Below are positions 1 through 12,314 of a stretch of DNA of 64,000 bases, in pieces. The notes under the pieces are model-generated. The model did no database searches. It saw only the letters and a list, made by a program, of their open reading frames with translations, and had not been told where the DNA came from. Source of the stretch: Geosiphon pyriformis uo1 (taxonomy: Eukaryota; Fungi; Glomeromycota); contig JAAOMT010000435.1 in assembly GCA_016748015.1 (NCBI GenBank), positions 1-64,000 of the forward strand, in the 5' to 3' direction. How positions within the stretch are numbered: the stretch's first letter is position 1; each line of letters opens with the position of its first letter. The position numbers were made by a program, and so were the translations under genes.

Positions 1-513
1 GCTTACCATTTTTCAATAGATTTAGCGGTCGAAGATATCAAGTAAAACACGGCTTGAAAATTTTTTTATTAAATCTGTAGGTTACGTCATTCTATGATAA
101 GTTTATCCAACTGGTTAACGATTAAACATTCCTAACATACCCGTACTGTCGTTTTATTACCCCATAGAGCTTTATCAAAAATTTGAAAGAAATCTACAAC
201 CTTTCTAATATGATTAAAAATGGGCTGTTTGGTATCGTGTACGCAAGGATATCCATAATTATATCTAAGAAATAAAGGGGGAAAATGTTGAAAAGAATCG
301 TAAAACAAGGGCAAGATTTTAAGAAAGTCTGTTGTATTTAAGAAGCTTCTGGTGTCAGCGAGTTGCGGGAAATAGATAACAAAGATATAGGCCACAACCT
401 TCGAAGTAGCTACTACCATTCTATAACATCCCTTTGTACAATAAGTAAATTTAAAGCCGGAATGGTACGGTGCAACTAAAAATAAATAATACTTATATTG
501 GCAAAGATTGATA

Positions 514-3500
514 TTATTTTCTACTTTTTTTTGAACCACCAGAAAATTTTGTACTTCTATTATTTCCCTTGGAACCAAATTTTTTGATACCCCTTTTTCT
601 ACTGCTGCTTTTGTATCTTGTTTCGTTTATAATTCCTTTCTTTGCTGAACTCTTAGCTGGATTCTTTTTTGCCGATCTCGGTTTTTTGATGACAGCTGAT
701 GCGCTTTTTTTAGAAACGTCAGCTAAATCCATATCAAACCTCACTTGAGCTCTTTGCTTGTCCTTGCTCTTGGGCTTTGTCTTTTTATTGTTTCCCAATT
801 TTTGTCCAGATGGTAATTGGGTTATTCGAGTGGGTTTCAGCTCTTTTTTAGCTAACTTAATGCTCTTTATCGTGGCGATCTTATTCGCCGAATCTAGTTG
901 TTCCTGTTCTTGTAATTGTAACCTTCGTTTCTTGGCGCGAGGTAATCCTGCGAATTTGCCATGAGTCATTTTAGGTTTGAGGCTTGCAGACTTTTCCTCT
1001 CCTGCCCCTGTACGTTTTCGTTTTTTGCCATTCTGATCTTGTCCAACATATTTCCCACCTAGGATTTCTTTAGCTTGCTGTTTTTCTTTTTCCGTTTGAA
1101 ACCACGTGCGTGCTGGCCGACTATAGATTTCCTGTTCATGTTTTAGGAGATTTTCGCTTTTGGCTAGTTCTATCTCAACCTGTCGTATTTCTTTCCCTTT
1201 TTTTTCTTCGGCTAGAACCTCATTTACTTGATCACGGATTTCAACTATTTTCCTACGGAATTTAAAGATTACATCCGTGGGAACAATACGCCTTTTGATC
1301 TGTTCTTTGAGGGAGTGCTTAATGATTGTTTTCAAAATTTTGCGATCGGATTCACCGGAAAATGTAACTGAACTAATATAGTAATTCGTATACGAACAAA
1401 TAAGGTTATTGTGTAATTCATATTTGTGAAGAAATGAATAGCAGTATATACCGTCCATTGCGACCAGCTCGAGCTGTTCTACCCACACGATGCAGATAGT
1501 GAGCATAACTTTGTGGCATGTCATAATTTATGACGGTTTGAATCCCTTTAATATCTAAACCACGAGAGGCCAGATCTGTAGCTAAAAGGAAATCCACGTT
1601 TCCATCACGAAATCCTTCTAAGGCTTCCAAACGCTGGTTGATTAAAGAATATTTAAGCAATTTGTGGGAACTGGGGAAATATGCCTGTCATACCTGTTCT
1701 TGTGACAAGTTCCCATGTAACTCGGCGGCTTTCAATCCTATTAGACCAAATATAATTTTCATTTCATGCGCTAAGGCCTTGCTCCTTAAGAATATGATCG
1801 TCTTATTTTTGAAATTACGGTAACATAGGGCAAGCAAAATAGCCTTACGATCCTCTTCGTGATTTTTTCTGATCCTGACGAATTCTTGAGTGAGACGAGC
1901 AGCAAAAGCCTTCGCTGGATCAACCATTAACCTGACAGGTCTGTTTAATGACAATCGGATCAGTTCATCAACATTGTCTGTCATAGTGGCAGAGAACAAT
2001 AATGTCTGTCGAGATTTTGGACAGTTTTTTATGATTTCGTTGAGCTCGGAAGCGAATCCATCCTCCAGCATTCTGAAATTAAGCGCAGACAGATAAGCTA
2101 CACCAATTTCTACCCTGTCAATAAAGTGTTAATTTACTTTAAAATAATAAAAACCTGTCAGCCTCATCTACAACCAATATTTCAATTGTATCTAACGTAA
2201 AAGATGGCGAGTTCCTCACATGATCAATAAGACGACCTGGCGTTGCAATCACGATATCAGGTCGTTGCCGTAATTCAATCTCTTGCACTTTAAGAGATAA
2301 TCCGCCTTTGTAATATAAAATATAAAATTATATTATTTCGATTTGTAAACATTGAACCAATAATAAAACCTACCAACACAAAGGCAAAACGTAGTATCAG
2401 TAAACGATGCCAATCTCATCCCCACACTGTGACATTGAATAGCCAGTTCGCGTGTAGGGGCCAAAATCAAAACACGTACAGCAGGGGTTTGTCTTGGACG
2501 GTATAATAACCTTTCTAAAATGGGTACGATAAATGCGGCGGTTTTTCCAGATCCAGTGATTGCACCACCACATATATCCCTACCCATAAGGGCAATTGGA
2601 ATTGTCTGCACTTGAATTGGAGTCGGTTGGACAAATCCAACCTGACTCAGACCTTTGAGAATTGGGCGAGACAAGTTCATTGACTGGAAGCTATCAGCTA
2701 TAGTGCCAAGTCCAATTTCTGATTGATCAGCAAAATAAGCTTTTTTACGCTTTTTATTGTTAAAATTGAGTTATTATTTTTTGATTTTGTAACATTCTAT
2801 ACCAACAGCCTAATGAGAACCTTGAATACCAACCTCCCTTTGATCTGCGTCATCATCTTGGGTGCTAGTATCATCTTGGTAAATATATTTATATTCATCT
2901 GGATCATCTTCCTGCTCTTCAACACTTTCTGCATCTTCACTATTAGTAATCTCTTCTTCATAGCTATCATCTTTGACTCCACCCCCGAATCCATCGGCTG
3001 CTACTCGTTATTTTGACATTTTAATTATATAAATTGTAGTGAAGTTATGAAATCATATTGATATTCAAAACTTAATTACCAATATCCTCGTCGTCTTGGT
3101 CAAATGAAATTTCTTGATTGAAACTTTTTTCATTCTCCCCTTTTCCAGAATCGAAGGAGGAACCTTCATCATGATCAGAATATGAATACGTTTGATCGCT
3201 ATCACTTGAACTTTGTGAAGCATCATCTTTAAAAAAAATTGCGTCATTAAAGGGTTAGAAATTATTATCATTTCTTTATCTCCTACCATTGTGCTTTTGC
3301 TTGGATGATGAGGCACTGCCATTGGCCTGTTTAATAGAAATCAATGGCTTTTCTGCTGTTTGTAATTTCTTAAAGTCAGCTCTGGAGCTCCGTTTCTTTG
3401 CAATGATTTCATCTATTGATACACGAACCTTCGTGTTTATGAGGAATGGTAGAACATGAAAAAGCAATTAAAACTTAATAAAATATTTATATCCGTGTTT

Positions 3501-4013
3501 CTATTTAATTTTTAGTTTTCTGATTGTTCTTATTAGAAGTGTTAATACTAACTTTCTAAATGGATTATTTTTAATTGAAAGTTGAGATCCAAGAAGGAAT
3601 CAGGTCTAAAGATGACACTTTTTAATTGCAGTGAATCCTCCCACACTTTAAATTGACCAAAAACAAAATAGTTAAAAAATTACCGAATTATTTGGCCTCA
3701 GTGCCGCCCTAGCAGCACTAAAATCCCATGGATGCTTTGATCCAAGTAGTGCCCCTCCACCTTCAACATCAAAAGTAAAGTCTGGGTTGAATGTATCAAC
3801 CTCAGGTTCTGGTTCCTCTTTGCTAGTAATACTTTGGCTTTCCAAAGTCACTTGATTCCTTTTATTAAATGCCACTTTAAGCTTTTTTTCGGATTTTGTT
3901 TTCTTCAAATCGAGCTCAGCTTTAGGCTCTTTATACTTGGTCGAATAGGACTCAACAAGATCAGATGCCCCGTCTTCAGGATCCTCCAAAGTCATTACAA
4001 AGTCGACACCCAT
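514..4013 (-). CDS. DRS1: Multi-exon nucleolar DEAD-box RNA helicase (Drs1/DDX27 family)
   Basis: Exonic ORFs give [20 protein letters not shown] (about 2160-2175), [15 protein letters not shown] and [10 protein letters not shown]. The N-terminus is acidic, and the basic C-terminus has [13 protein letters not shown] introns lie between the ORF pieces. Confidence 0.93.
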
Positions 4014-4495
4014 AGTTACCGCTTTATAATATGAGCAAAAAGATTATTAGGCTCAACAAAATTTTTGGTTACCATCTATTCACTTAAGATTAAAATCTAA
4101 ATAATCGAATCCCAGTTTCAAAAGCTGCTCATTCAATCCAGTTTCTAATCCTTATTACCATCCAATCCTTAAGTTGAAAGGAAAAATAATCAAATGATGA
4201 AAAGAAAAACCACACAAATATCGATAATTAATTCGATTCTTCTAAACTGCCCAAGTTCAATTATCAAATTGCTTCATCCAAATAGTACCGGAATTAATCG
4301 TTCGCCAGCTTTATATAACAATTATCGTATGAAATACAGATTTTTCAATAACCCAATTTACGAATGTTTTTTCCAAAAAATCAACGAACTTAAATAGCAC
4401 TCAATTAAAATAGTTGAAGCATCAAAAGATCCAATAAACTATATAATTATATCGGAAATGGGAATTTTCCATTTAACCTTGGGAATGGCCCTCTC

Positions 4496-5865
4496 TTATA
4501 TTTCAAGAATTTTTTGAAGTTCCTAATCAAAAAACAAGCATCCTTAATAATTAATGCATGCCCAAATCTAATGTTAGTATCTTCAAGATAATTGCATTTA
4601 CCTCTAAACTTTCCAATTTGTTTGTTCCCATCAACTCGTCTGATATCGACCTTTTGATCTCTATATCATCCTCGACCTTCACCTCCAGGCAAGTCTCACT
4701 ATTGTTATCGGAAGGATGATTACTTTTGGCACGTTTTTTTGGTATCTTTTCTTCTCCCTCCACTTCAATTTCGCCAACTTCTGAATTTTCTTTCCTTTTT
4801 TTCAATACACGTTCCATCATGATCCCTGTTATCTGTTTGATGAAGATCATACGTTCGTCGGCGGTTTTATCCGTGCCATCGGCAAAACTTGCAAGTTGTT
4901 CATCACTCACTTGATTCCGAAGCAGTTTGATCAAGTTTTTTACAGCGTTGAGCTGATCAGAGACAAGTTTCATTGTATCAGGAATCGGGGAAACTAGGAT
5001 ATGGGGACCAAGAGTAGAAGAGTCGGATAAGAGGTGTAGTTCAACGCAGTAAGACTCAAAGCGATCAGTTACAGGATGTTGAATAGCCACTTTTGTAATT
5101 TTCCGCCAGTACCATAAGAAATGATAGCTGTTCGTGGAATTTTTCATAACGAGCAAGTCTTATATCAGTTATTTTCATCTCCTTTTTGAGCTTATGGTTA
5201 AATGCCTTTGCCTAAGAGAATCCGGTATAATAAATGATTAATCTGGCGTCCACATTTTATTGGATGCAGAACAAATCCCTTGAAAACAAAGATATAAAAC
5301 TATATTACAGTTAACAATTTTTTTCTCATAACTTCCAATTCTTTATCCAATTTTTCCTCGCACGATGGGTCAATATTAAAATTGCAACCCTAATTAGTAA
5401 AAATATCATCCGTCAAATATAGGTAGAGATTCATGTCAATTTACAGAAAAAAGATAGTTCAATTTCAAACCTCTTGATGTGGCAAGATAATAGTTACATC
5501 GGATGGGACAGTGAAAATGTTTTTCAATGTGTACAATTCAAAAATATCGAAATTTTTGTCAACCGCATGTTCGAGTAGCGTCTCCACTTGATGTATACCC
5601 TAAAAGAAGTTAATTCACCAGTTTCAGATATTTCCAATAAAATGGTATTACCAACTAAATAGTCCTCTCTATTGAAAACCATCATATCTCATGCCTGCTC
5701 AGTCTCCTCGCCACCACCAGTAGTTTGCTCCAAGAAAATTTCCAGACTCTGTGCCACCTGATAAATCAGCTCGTTCACCGCGTTTATTACATCGTCAATA
5801 AAAGAGAGCGGCAGGAAACCAAAGTGTTCAGTCATCAGTTCAATATTGCCTGTAGATTCGGCCAT
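4496..5865 (-). CDS. MIS12: Kinetochore protein Mis12/Mtw1 (6 exons)
   Basis: The spliced reading gives MAESTGNIELMTEHFGFLPLSFIDDVINAVN...EQ|GIHQVETLLEHAVDKNFDIFELYTLKNIFTVP, the Mis12 signature. Intron 1 (5694-5600) is GC-AG. Confidence 0.9.
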
Positions 5866-6168
5866 CTTAAAACTCTCCAATTCTTGGGGTACTATGATCT
5901 CTTCAGATTTCCTAAAGCTTAAGTGAGACACAAAGGCGAGGAATTCTCTTTTACTTAATATCTTAACAAACTTTATTCTGATAATTTTTATGACAGATAT
6001 GTTATTATCGATCAGCTATGAAATGTTTCGAGTAAAATATATGTGATAACTGCAGTTTTTAAGATTGGTCGTATAGATAATCATCAACCAAATAACTAAA
6101 CATTAATTAATATATATATATATGTATATATAGAGTTAAAGTTCTGATCTCTAGCGTGCAATTTGAAA

Positions 6169-8934
6169 ATGATCTCCAAATTCATTCCGAGACTTTGGCT
6201 CAAAGTCTTATTTATTTTATCCCTTATACTATTCCCTACCTTGATTCCCGCTTTTCCGCCCTTTGCAGCCGCTACACAAACTATAATAGACGTGCTTTCT
6301 TCTGATAGTCGATATGGAAACTTATTGCGAGCATTACAGCATACACGTCTTATACGGGAGGTTAACCACTACGAAGCGGCCACCCTTTTTGCCCCCGTTA
6401 ATGAAGCCATAGATGTATGGTGGGATTTAACGAGAGAACAGTTACTTTATCACATTTTATTCGCTGAGCTTAAAGTAGACGAACTTCTAAAAGAAAGGTT
6501 GTTGGACACTCGCCTAAAGAAAGTGGGTCGGCTTGGCAATGGTGAAGAAGATAAAGAACCAAGTCAAAAAGTAAAGGCTTATGAAGAAAAATCTGAAAAG
6601 TTTGTTGGTAACGCCAGAATAATAAAACAGGGTGAAAATACAAGAGCAGCAAATGGTAAGGTATAGGTAATTTAACTTTTTTGGATTAAATCATAATTTG
6701 ATACAGAAAATTCATTACCCTTTAGGCATCGTTCATCCTATTGACGCTGTTTTGACGCTACCGCTTAATATGAGTGAGCTCTTAATTTAGCAGAAAACAT
6801 TCCTTTTTCATTGTAAAATCAATTATTAAATATATTTATCCTCTATCTAGATGCAACCCTACATTCATTGGGAGACGGGTTAAGATTATTCACAGAATAT
6901 CTGGCCAAACAAGGCTTAAGTAAATATCTTGCTGAAAAACCACATCTCACAGTCTTCGCACCAACTGATGATGCTTTTGGGTTGAAATTCAAAATATATG
7001 AAACAAATTATTTTTTGGGAGAATGTGGTGGAGGTTTGAACGATCTAGAAATAGTTTTAAAATATCATGTTCTTGATGGATTGATTTACACCAAAAATAT
7101 GCATAATAACTCCACAGGTATAATTCTATTCATACTTCCTAATCCCTCATTATATAAAAATGTTCACAATTAAAATGACCGGAATATTTTTCAGAACCTA
7201 CTTTACAAGGTGAATTTATAGAAATTCAAATATATCCTGAGTACATTAAAGTTGGAGATGGGAATATTACTCAAACAGACGTTTTAGCTGAGAATGGTAA
7301 TTTCTTTTTCATTGAAATTTTAAGAATGATACAAAAACTAAATCTCATTTCCCGTTTTAGGTGTTGTTCACGTTATTAACCGTGTTTCGGCTCCCTCAGC
7401 ATTACATTTCAATGAGTTGAAATATCTATGTGGTCTTGATGCTACTATATTTGTACATTGGATCCAAAAAGCTGGCCTTGACCATCTAATTCAAGACTCC
7501 AAAGTCCCATACACGATTTTGGCTCCTCGTGACAGTGATTTAAATGAAAATTTTCTGGCCCCCGACAATGAAAAATTTTTAAAATATCATTTTGTGGAAG
7601 GGAAAAGAAATATTGATAGTTTAAGTACTGGATTACTCCTCCCTACTGAACTGAAAACCCGTGCTTTGAAGGGGAACAGGCAGCGCACAAAGGTCACAAA
7701 AAATATCGCTCGAAAGCAAATTCGATTCAATAATGTTTTAGCGATTGGAGATCCAGGTATGAAATATCTCCCTTAAACAATTCATTTCTCTTTTGAATCA
7801 TTTTATCCAGCCTTTTTACACTATTTAACTCAATATATGTTAGTGGAGATTGGTAACTCGATCATTTATGTACTCGAAAGATCGCTTAATCAACCTGGTG
7901 ATTTTGTACAAACTTTTCGTTCCCACCCAAAACTTAAACACTTTGTCAATGCCATTCTTTGGACGGATGCCGATGATATTGCTGAAGCTAAACCTGGAAT
8001 TACTGTTTTTGCGCCAATTGATGAAGCTTTTGAAGAACTTGGGCTAGTGTACAACTATTTCTTGCATCCAACTGGCCAAGATGACTTTTACTCAGTCCTC
8101 AAATTTCATGTTCTTGATGAGATCCTCTATACGGAAAATATTCCCCAAGGAAAATTCCAACACGAGACCGTTGAAGGAACTCCCTTAACAATTGAGCGTC
8201 AAGATGAAAAAATTATACTCACAAGTCAAAATTATTCGTCAACTGTCACTGAGCGCGATCTACTTATCGAAAATGGGGTTGTTCATTTTGTTGACTCTCT
8301 ACGAATACCACCCATCATTCAGATCACCCCGCTTAAAATACTTACAGCGCTAAATGCAGAGAATATGCTGAAAATTTTCAATATCACCAATTTTACATCT
8401 ATACTCGCCCATTCAGAGGAACCTTTCACAATACTTTTACCTCCTGAAGAGGAATTAAACAAATTGAATATTAAACAGCGTGAAAAAGATCCAGATAATC
8501 TTCTACGAATTTTAGGAATGCATGTTATTCCTGGAACTATTGAAGAGCTTCAAGATGGTGAGGCATTTCCAACTCTTCTCGCGAACGATATTAAGATACA
8601 AATCAAGCAGGATCTTTTCACTAGATTATACTATGTGGAAATTCAAGGTGCCTTGAGCTTTGATGAACGTGCAAAAATAATTTCCATAGGCAAAACATCG
8701 AATGGTGGGGCGGTTTTCCAAATAGATAAAGTGTTGATTAGAAATTCATCACAGCATCTCGTGCGTATGGGTTTGATGGTTTTAATTGGGCTTGGCCTCG
8801 GAGGGTTTTTAACAATGGGAGGCAGTGCTGGTTATTGGGGATGGCAGAAATGGAAAAGTTGGGGATATTCACAAATACTTGATGGGGATTCAAACGAAAC
8901 AGCAGGTGAGCAAGGAGAAAATTTAAGAGATTGA
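6169..8934 (+). CDS. Fasciclin (about 4 FAS1 domains) membrane-anchored surface protein
   Basis: N-terminal signal peptide, repeated H1 motifs (TLFAPVNEA, TVFAPTDDAF, TILAPRDS, TVFAPIDEAF), H2 motifs (NGVVHFVD, NGGAVFQIDKVL) and a C-terminal transmembrane segment. Several GT-AG introns. Confidence 0.9.
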
Positions 8935-11711
8935 GATTCATCGGCGGATGTAACCAAATTAGAGTAGGCTTATGGAAATTCCCCAGACCAAAAATCAAAA
9001 ATTTACCACTTATCAAGCAAAACATTGAGAATATTTGGGTTATTAATTTATTCGTTTTCATAATTTCTAATTATATATTCCACAAACCAATTTTTCGTTA
9101 ATTGATATTTAAGAATAAGAACTATCCTGTTGTATATATATATATATTTGAACTCGAAATTTACATATTTAACTCTAGCTAGTCAAAAGCCAAATTTTTA
9201 AGATTACCTTTTGTTGAGAGTTCTTTCATGTCAATAACATAGAATTTGGGCTTCTTTTTCACCTATGTATTTTTTTTGTCTGTATGAACATGTTACTAAA
9301 TATAAATTTCAAAGTTTTTTTCACGATTCAGAGATATATTTTTTTTAGTGATAAGTGCCTGATTTAAGAAGCCTTTTTGCATATTAAATATATAGAAAAT
9401 TTTGAAATAAAACAAGTTCGTTAATAATTGCTAAAACAGTTAATAAAAATACATATATAATTATTAGTAGAAATTTTTACAAGCAAAAATTCAATATTAT
9501 AGATATAGATTTAAATTATGTTATAAATAAAAAAGCCAAACCATAAATTTGGAATAACTTTAAAAAAAAACATAAATATTTAATTAAATTGATTTTTAAT
9601 GTAAAATTATACAATCTTAAACACAAAATTATTTTAGTTTTGGTTGGTTTAAACAATTGATGAGTTTTAAATTAAATATAAATTTGTTTTTTTACACCAA
9701 AAAATTGTGATAATATAAATATTATGTTTGAATTATACAATACTATATTAAATTTAATTAATAAATTCAAAAAATATTTTATTATTAATTAAATTTTAAA
9801 CAAAAAATTAACATATTTTTATTTATAGCAATAAAATCAGTAAAGTTATCTGCTATTGTTTTAACCAAAAAACTAATATTATTACATATTTTAATTATTA
9901 TAATTATTTATATTTGTGTATTATACAAATCAGAGTATTAATTAAATAATAATATATAATAATTTAATAAAATAATAAGTAATAAATTAAAATAATAATA
10001 TACTAATTAATAATAAAAATTATAAAAATAATTTTATGTTAATTAATAACTTAAATTTTTATTGATAATAGCAATTATTATTTAATTGTCTAACTACTAT
10101 TAATTTATATGTTGTTTTATATAAAAATTTTGTTTTTAAGAATTATAAAACACTAATAATTTTTAATAAAACTAAAAATATAATATTAAAATTAATAAAA
10201 TTTGTACATAATTTTATGATTAATTATAGGTTTTAGATCTGAAATTTCAGTTTTAAATTGAAAAAATTTAAAAAAAACTAATAAAAAAAAACAATAGTAA
10301 ACTGTTTTTTATTTATAATTTGTTAAAAGTTTTATTAAATAATATTATTAAATTATTTAGTTTAAATAAAAATATAAATATATATTATAAATTATGTTTA
10401 TAATATTTTTGTTTTATTATAATATTATTATTATTATTATTAAAATAAATATAAAATATAACATAAAAACTTCTTTCTTTTTTTGTTCTAAATTTTCAAA
10501 AAAAAAGTCAAACTTTTTAAAAAAGGTTTTTTTTTGTTTTTTGTTTTTATATTTATTATTTCTTAAGAAATAAATTTTTTTATTGTTAAACTAACTGTTA
10601 TTATAAGTAATACTATTATTAAAAAAAAGTCAATCAAAGTTTTGATATTAAATTTTGTTAATAGAAGTTTGGTTCAAAAACAATAAGCTTTCTTTAACAA
10701 TATAAAGCATTCAAATAATTAAACAAATTTGAGTTTTAATGGATTAAAACATGTTAATCAGTTTGCTAAAATAAATACAAATAATAATACTTTTTTAGTA
10801 ATCTTTTTAAATATTAATACAGATTATAAACCAGATAATAAGGATAAATAATAGTTAGATTTTAAAATAAATACTTTTAAAATCAAGCAGATTAATATTA
10901 ATACTGTAGTTGGTTTACTATTTGGCTTTTTTAGTTATGATATAAATAATAATAAGATTTTTTTTTCTTTTTTTTCTCTGTCTTTTAATTTTTTTAAACA
11001 GAAAATAGATAGAATTCAAAATTGTTAAAACTTAAATAGAAATGACTATTAAGAAATCTTTTGCTTTAAACATTAATTTTTCAGTAGTAAAAGACAAATT
11101 AACAATAGCAAAGACACAAATAATCAGAAAATTATTTTTATTAATCAATGGTTTTAAAAAACTTATTAATCTCTCAAAATTTAAAGAGATTATTAAATTT
11201 ATATTTACATTAAAAAAAAGCTGCATTATTGGTTAAAAAAAAGGTATTAAGATAAATAGCAATCTTAAAAAACAAAAATTCTATTTAATTCAGACTGTAA
11301 TAATCAAAAAAATTTCTATGGATATGTTGAAAAAAATAATTGTTACAGCTTTTTTTGAGTTTGATCAAGTAGTGTTAATTTAATTACAACTTATTAGATT
11401 GTGGCAAAAAGCTATGATAAAATTTGTTAAATCAGATTAAGCTGATCAGTTAGTATTAAGTTAATTATTTTTAATTGGAAAAAATTCAATATATATAGCC
11501 AAAACTATAAGAAATTGTGATGTTTAAATATTAAAAAATTAGTTTAGAATGCTTCTGTTACTTTATTTATAAGAATAACTGCTTATATTCTTAGTGTTTT
11601 ATTAAAAAAAATTAGTAGCAAAACTTATATGATAAATTGTTTATTTAATATTAGTAATAAAGTTTATTATACTATAATTGGTTTTGAATTAGAAGATTTA
11701 AAATTAATTTT

Positions 11712-12314
11712 GTTTGTTGGACACTTATGCAGCTGTCTGAGAGTTGCGTTTTGGTCTGTCTCGTTCTTTTTTGTGTGTATCGCAGTTGTTGTCAACTTGC
11801 ATTTTAGATGTGATTGTCAGTATGGCCCTGTGTAAGGACTTTGTTTTTGGCAATTGGTATTGCAAGTCTGTTTTTGTTTACAAAAATCCTAAGATGGCAG
11901 TGGTTAATGTTGTGAATTTTGTATGTGAGTTTTGTCTTACATTTTGTGATAATATTTGGCTGGTCTGTGTGAAACACCGGGCCATTATGGAGAAGAATAA
12001 GCTGATTCTACATGATAGTTCTATTCTTGTTGCTGTTTCTGGTTTTTCTACATGGCTTTCAGCTGGGGTGATTAGGTTGTTGGATGTTGCTAATATACTT
12101 GGCATCGGTTTTGGGTATCGTAAGCATTGTTTGTTTTATGCAGATGTTGGTGACATGGCTTCTGTTCATATAAGTGCATAGTGTTGTTCTAACTAGTCTG
12201 AGTGTCTGGTCATGTGTAGCAAAGACATGATTCGTATCTAGTTTAGATTATTTCAGTGATGTATAGCACTAAGTGGCGTTTGGACTTCACTTATTAAACT
12301 TTAATAAAAAAAAA
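11712..12314 (+). mobile_element. 5'-truncated younger LINE copy nested in the decayed LINE
   Basis: ORF 11744-12181 resembles the ORF2 C-terminus at 53271-53849. The 3' UTR is like 53850-53980 and ends in poly(A). Flanked by the repeat AAATTAATTTT (11701-11711 and 12315-12325). Clearly higher GC than its host. Confidence 0.85.

Noticed and set aside
132-578. 148-aa ORF downstream of DRS1
   Set aside because: No recognisable motifs, and it overlaps the DRS1 end and likely 3' UTR.
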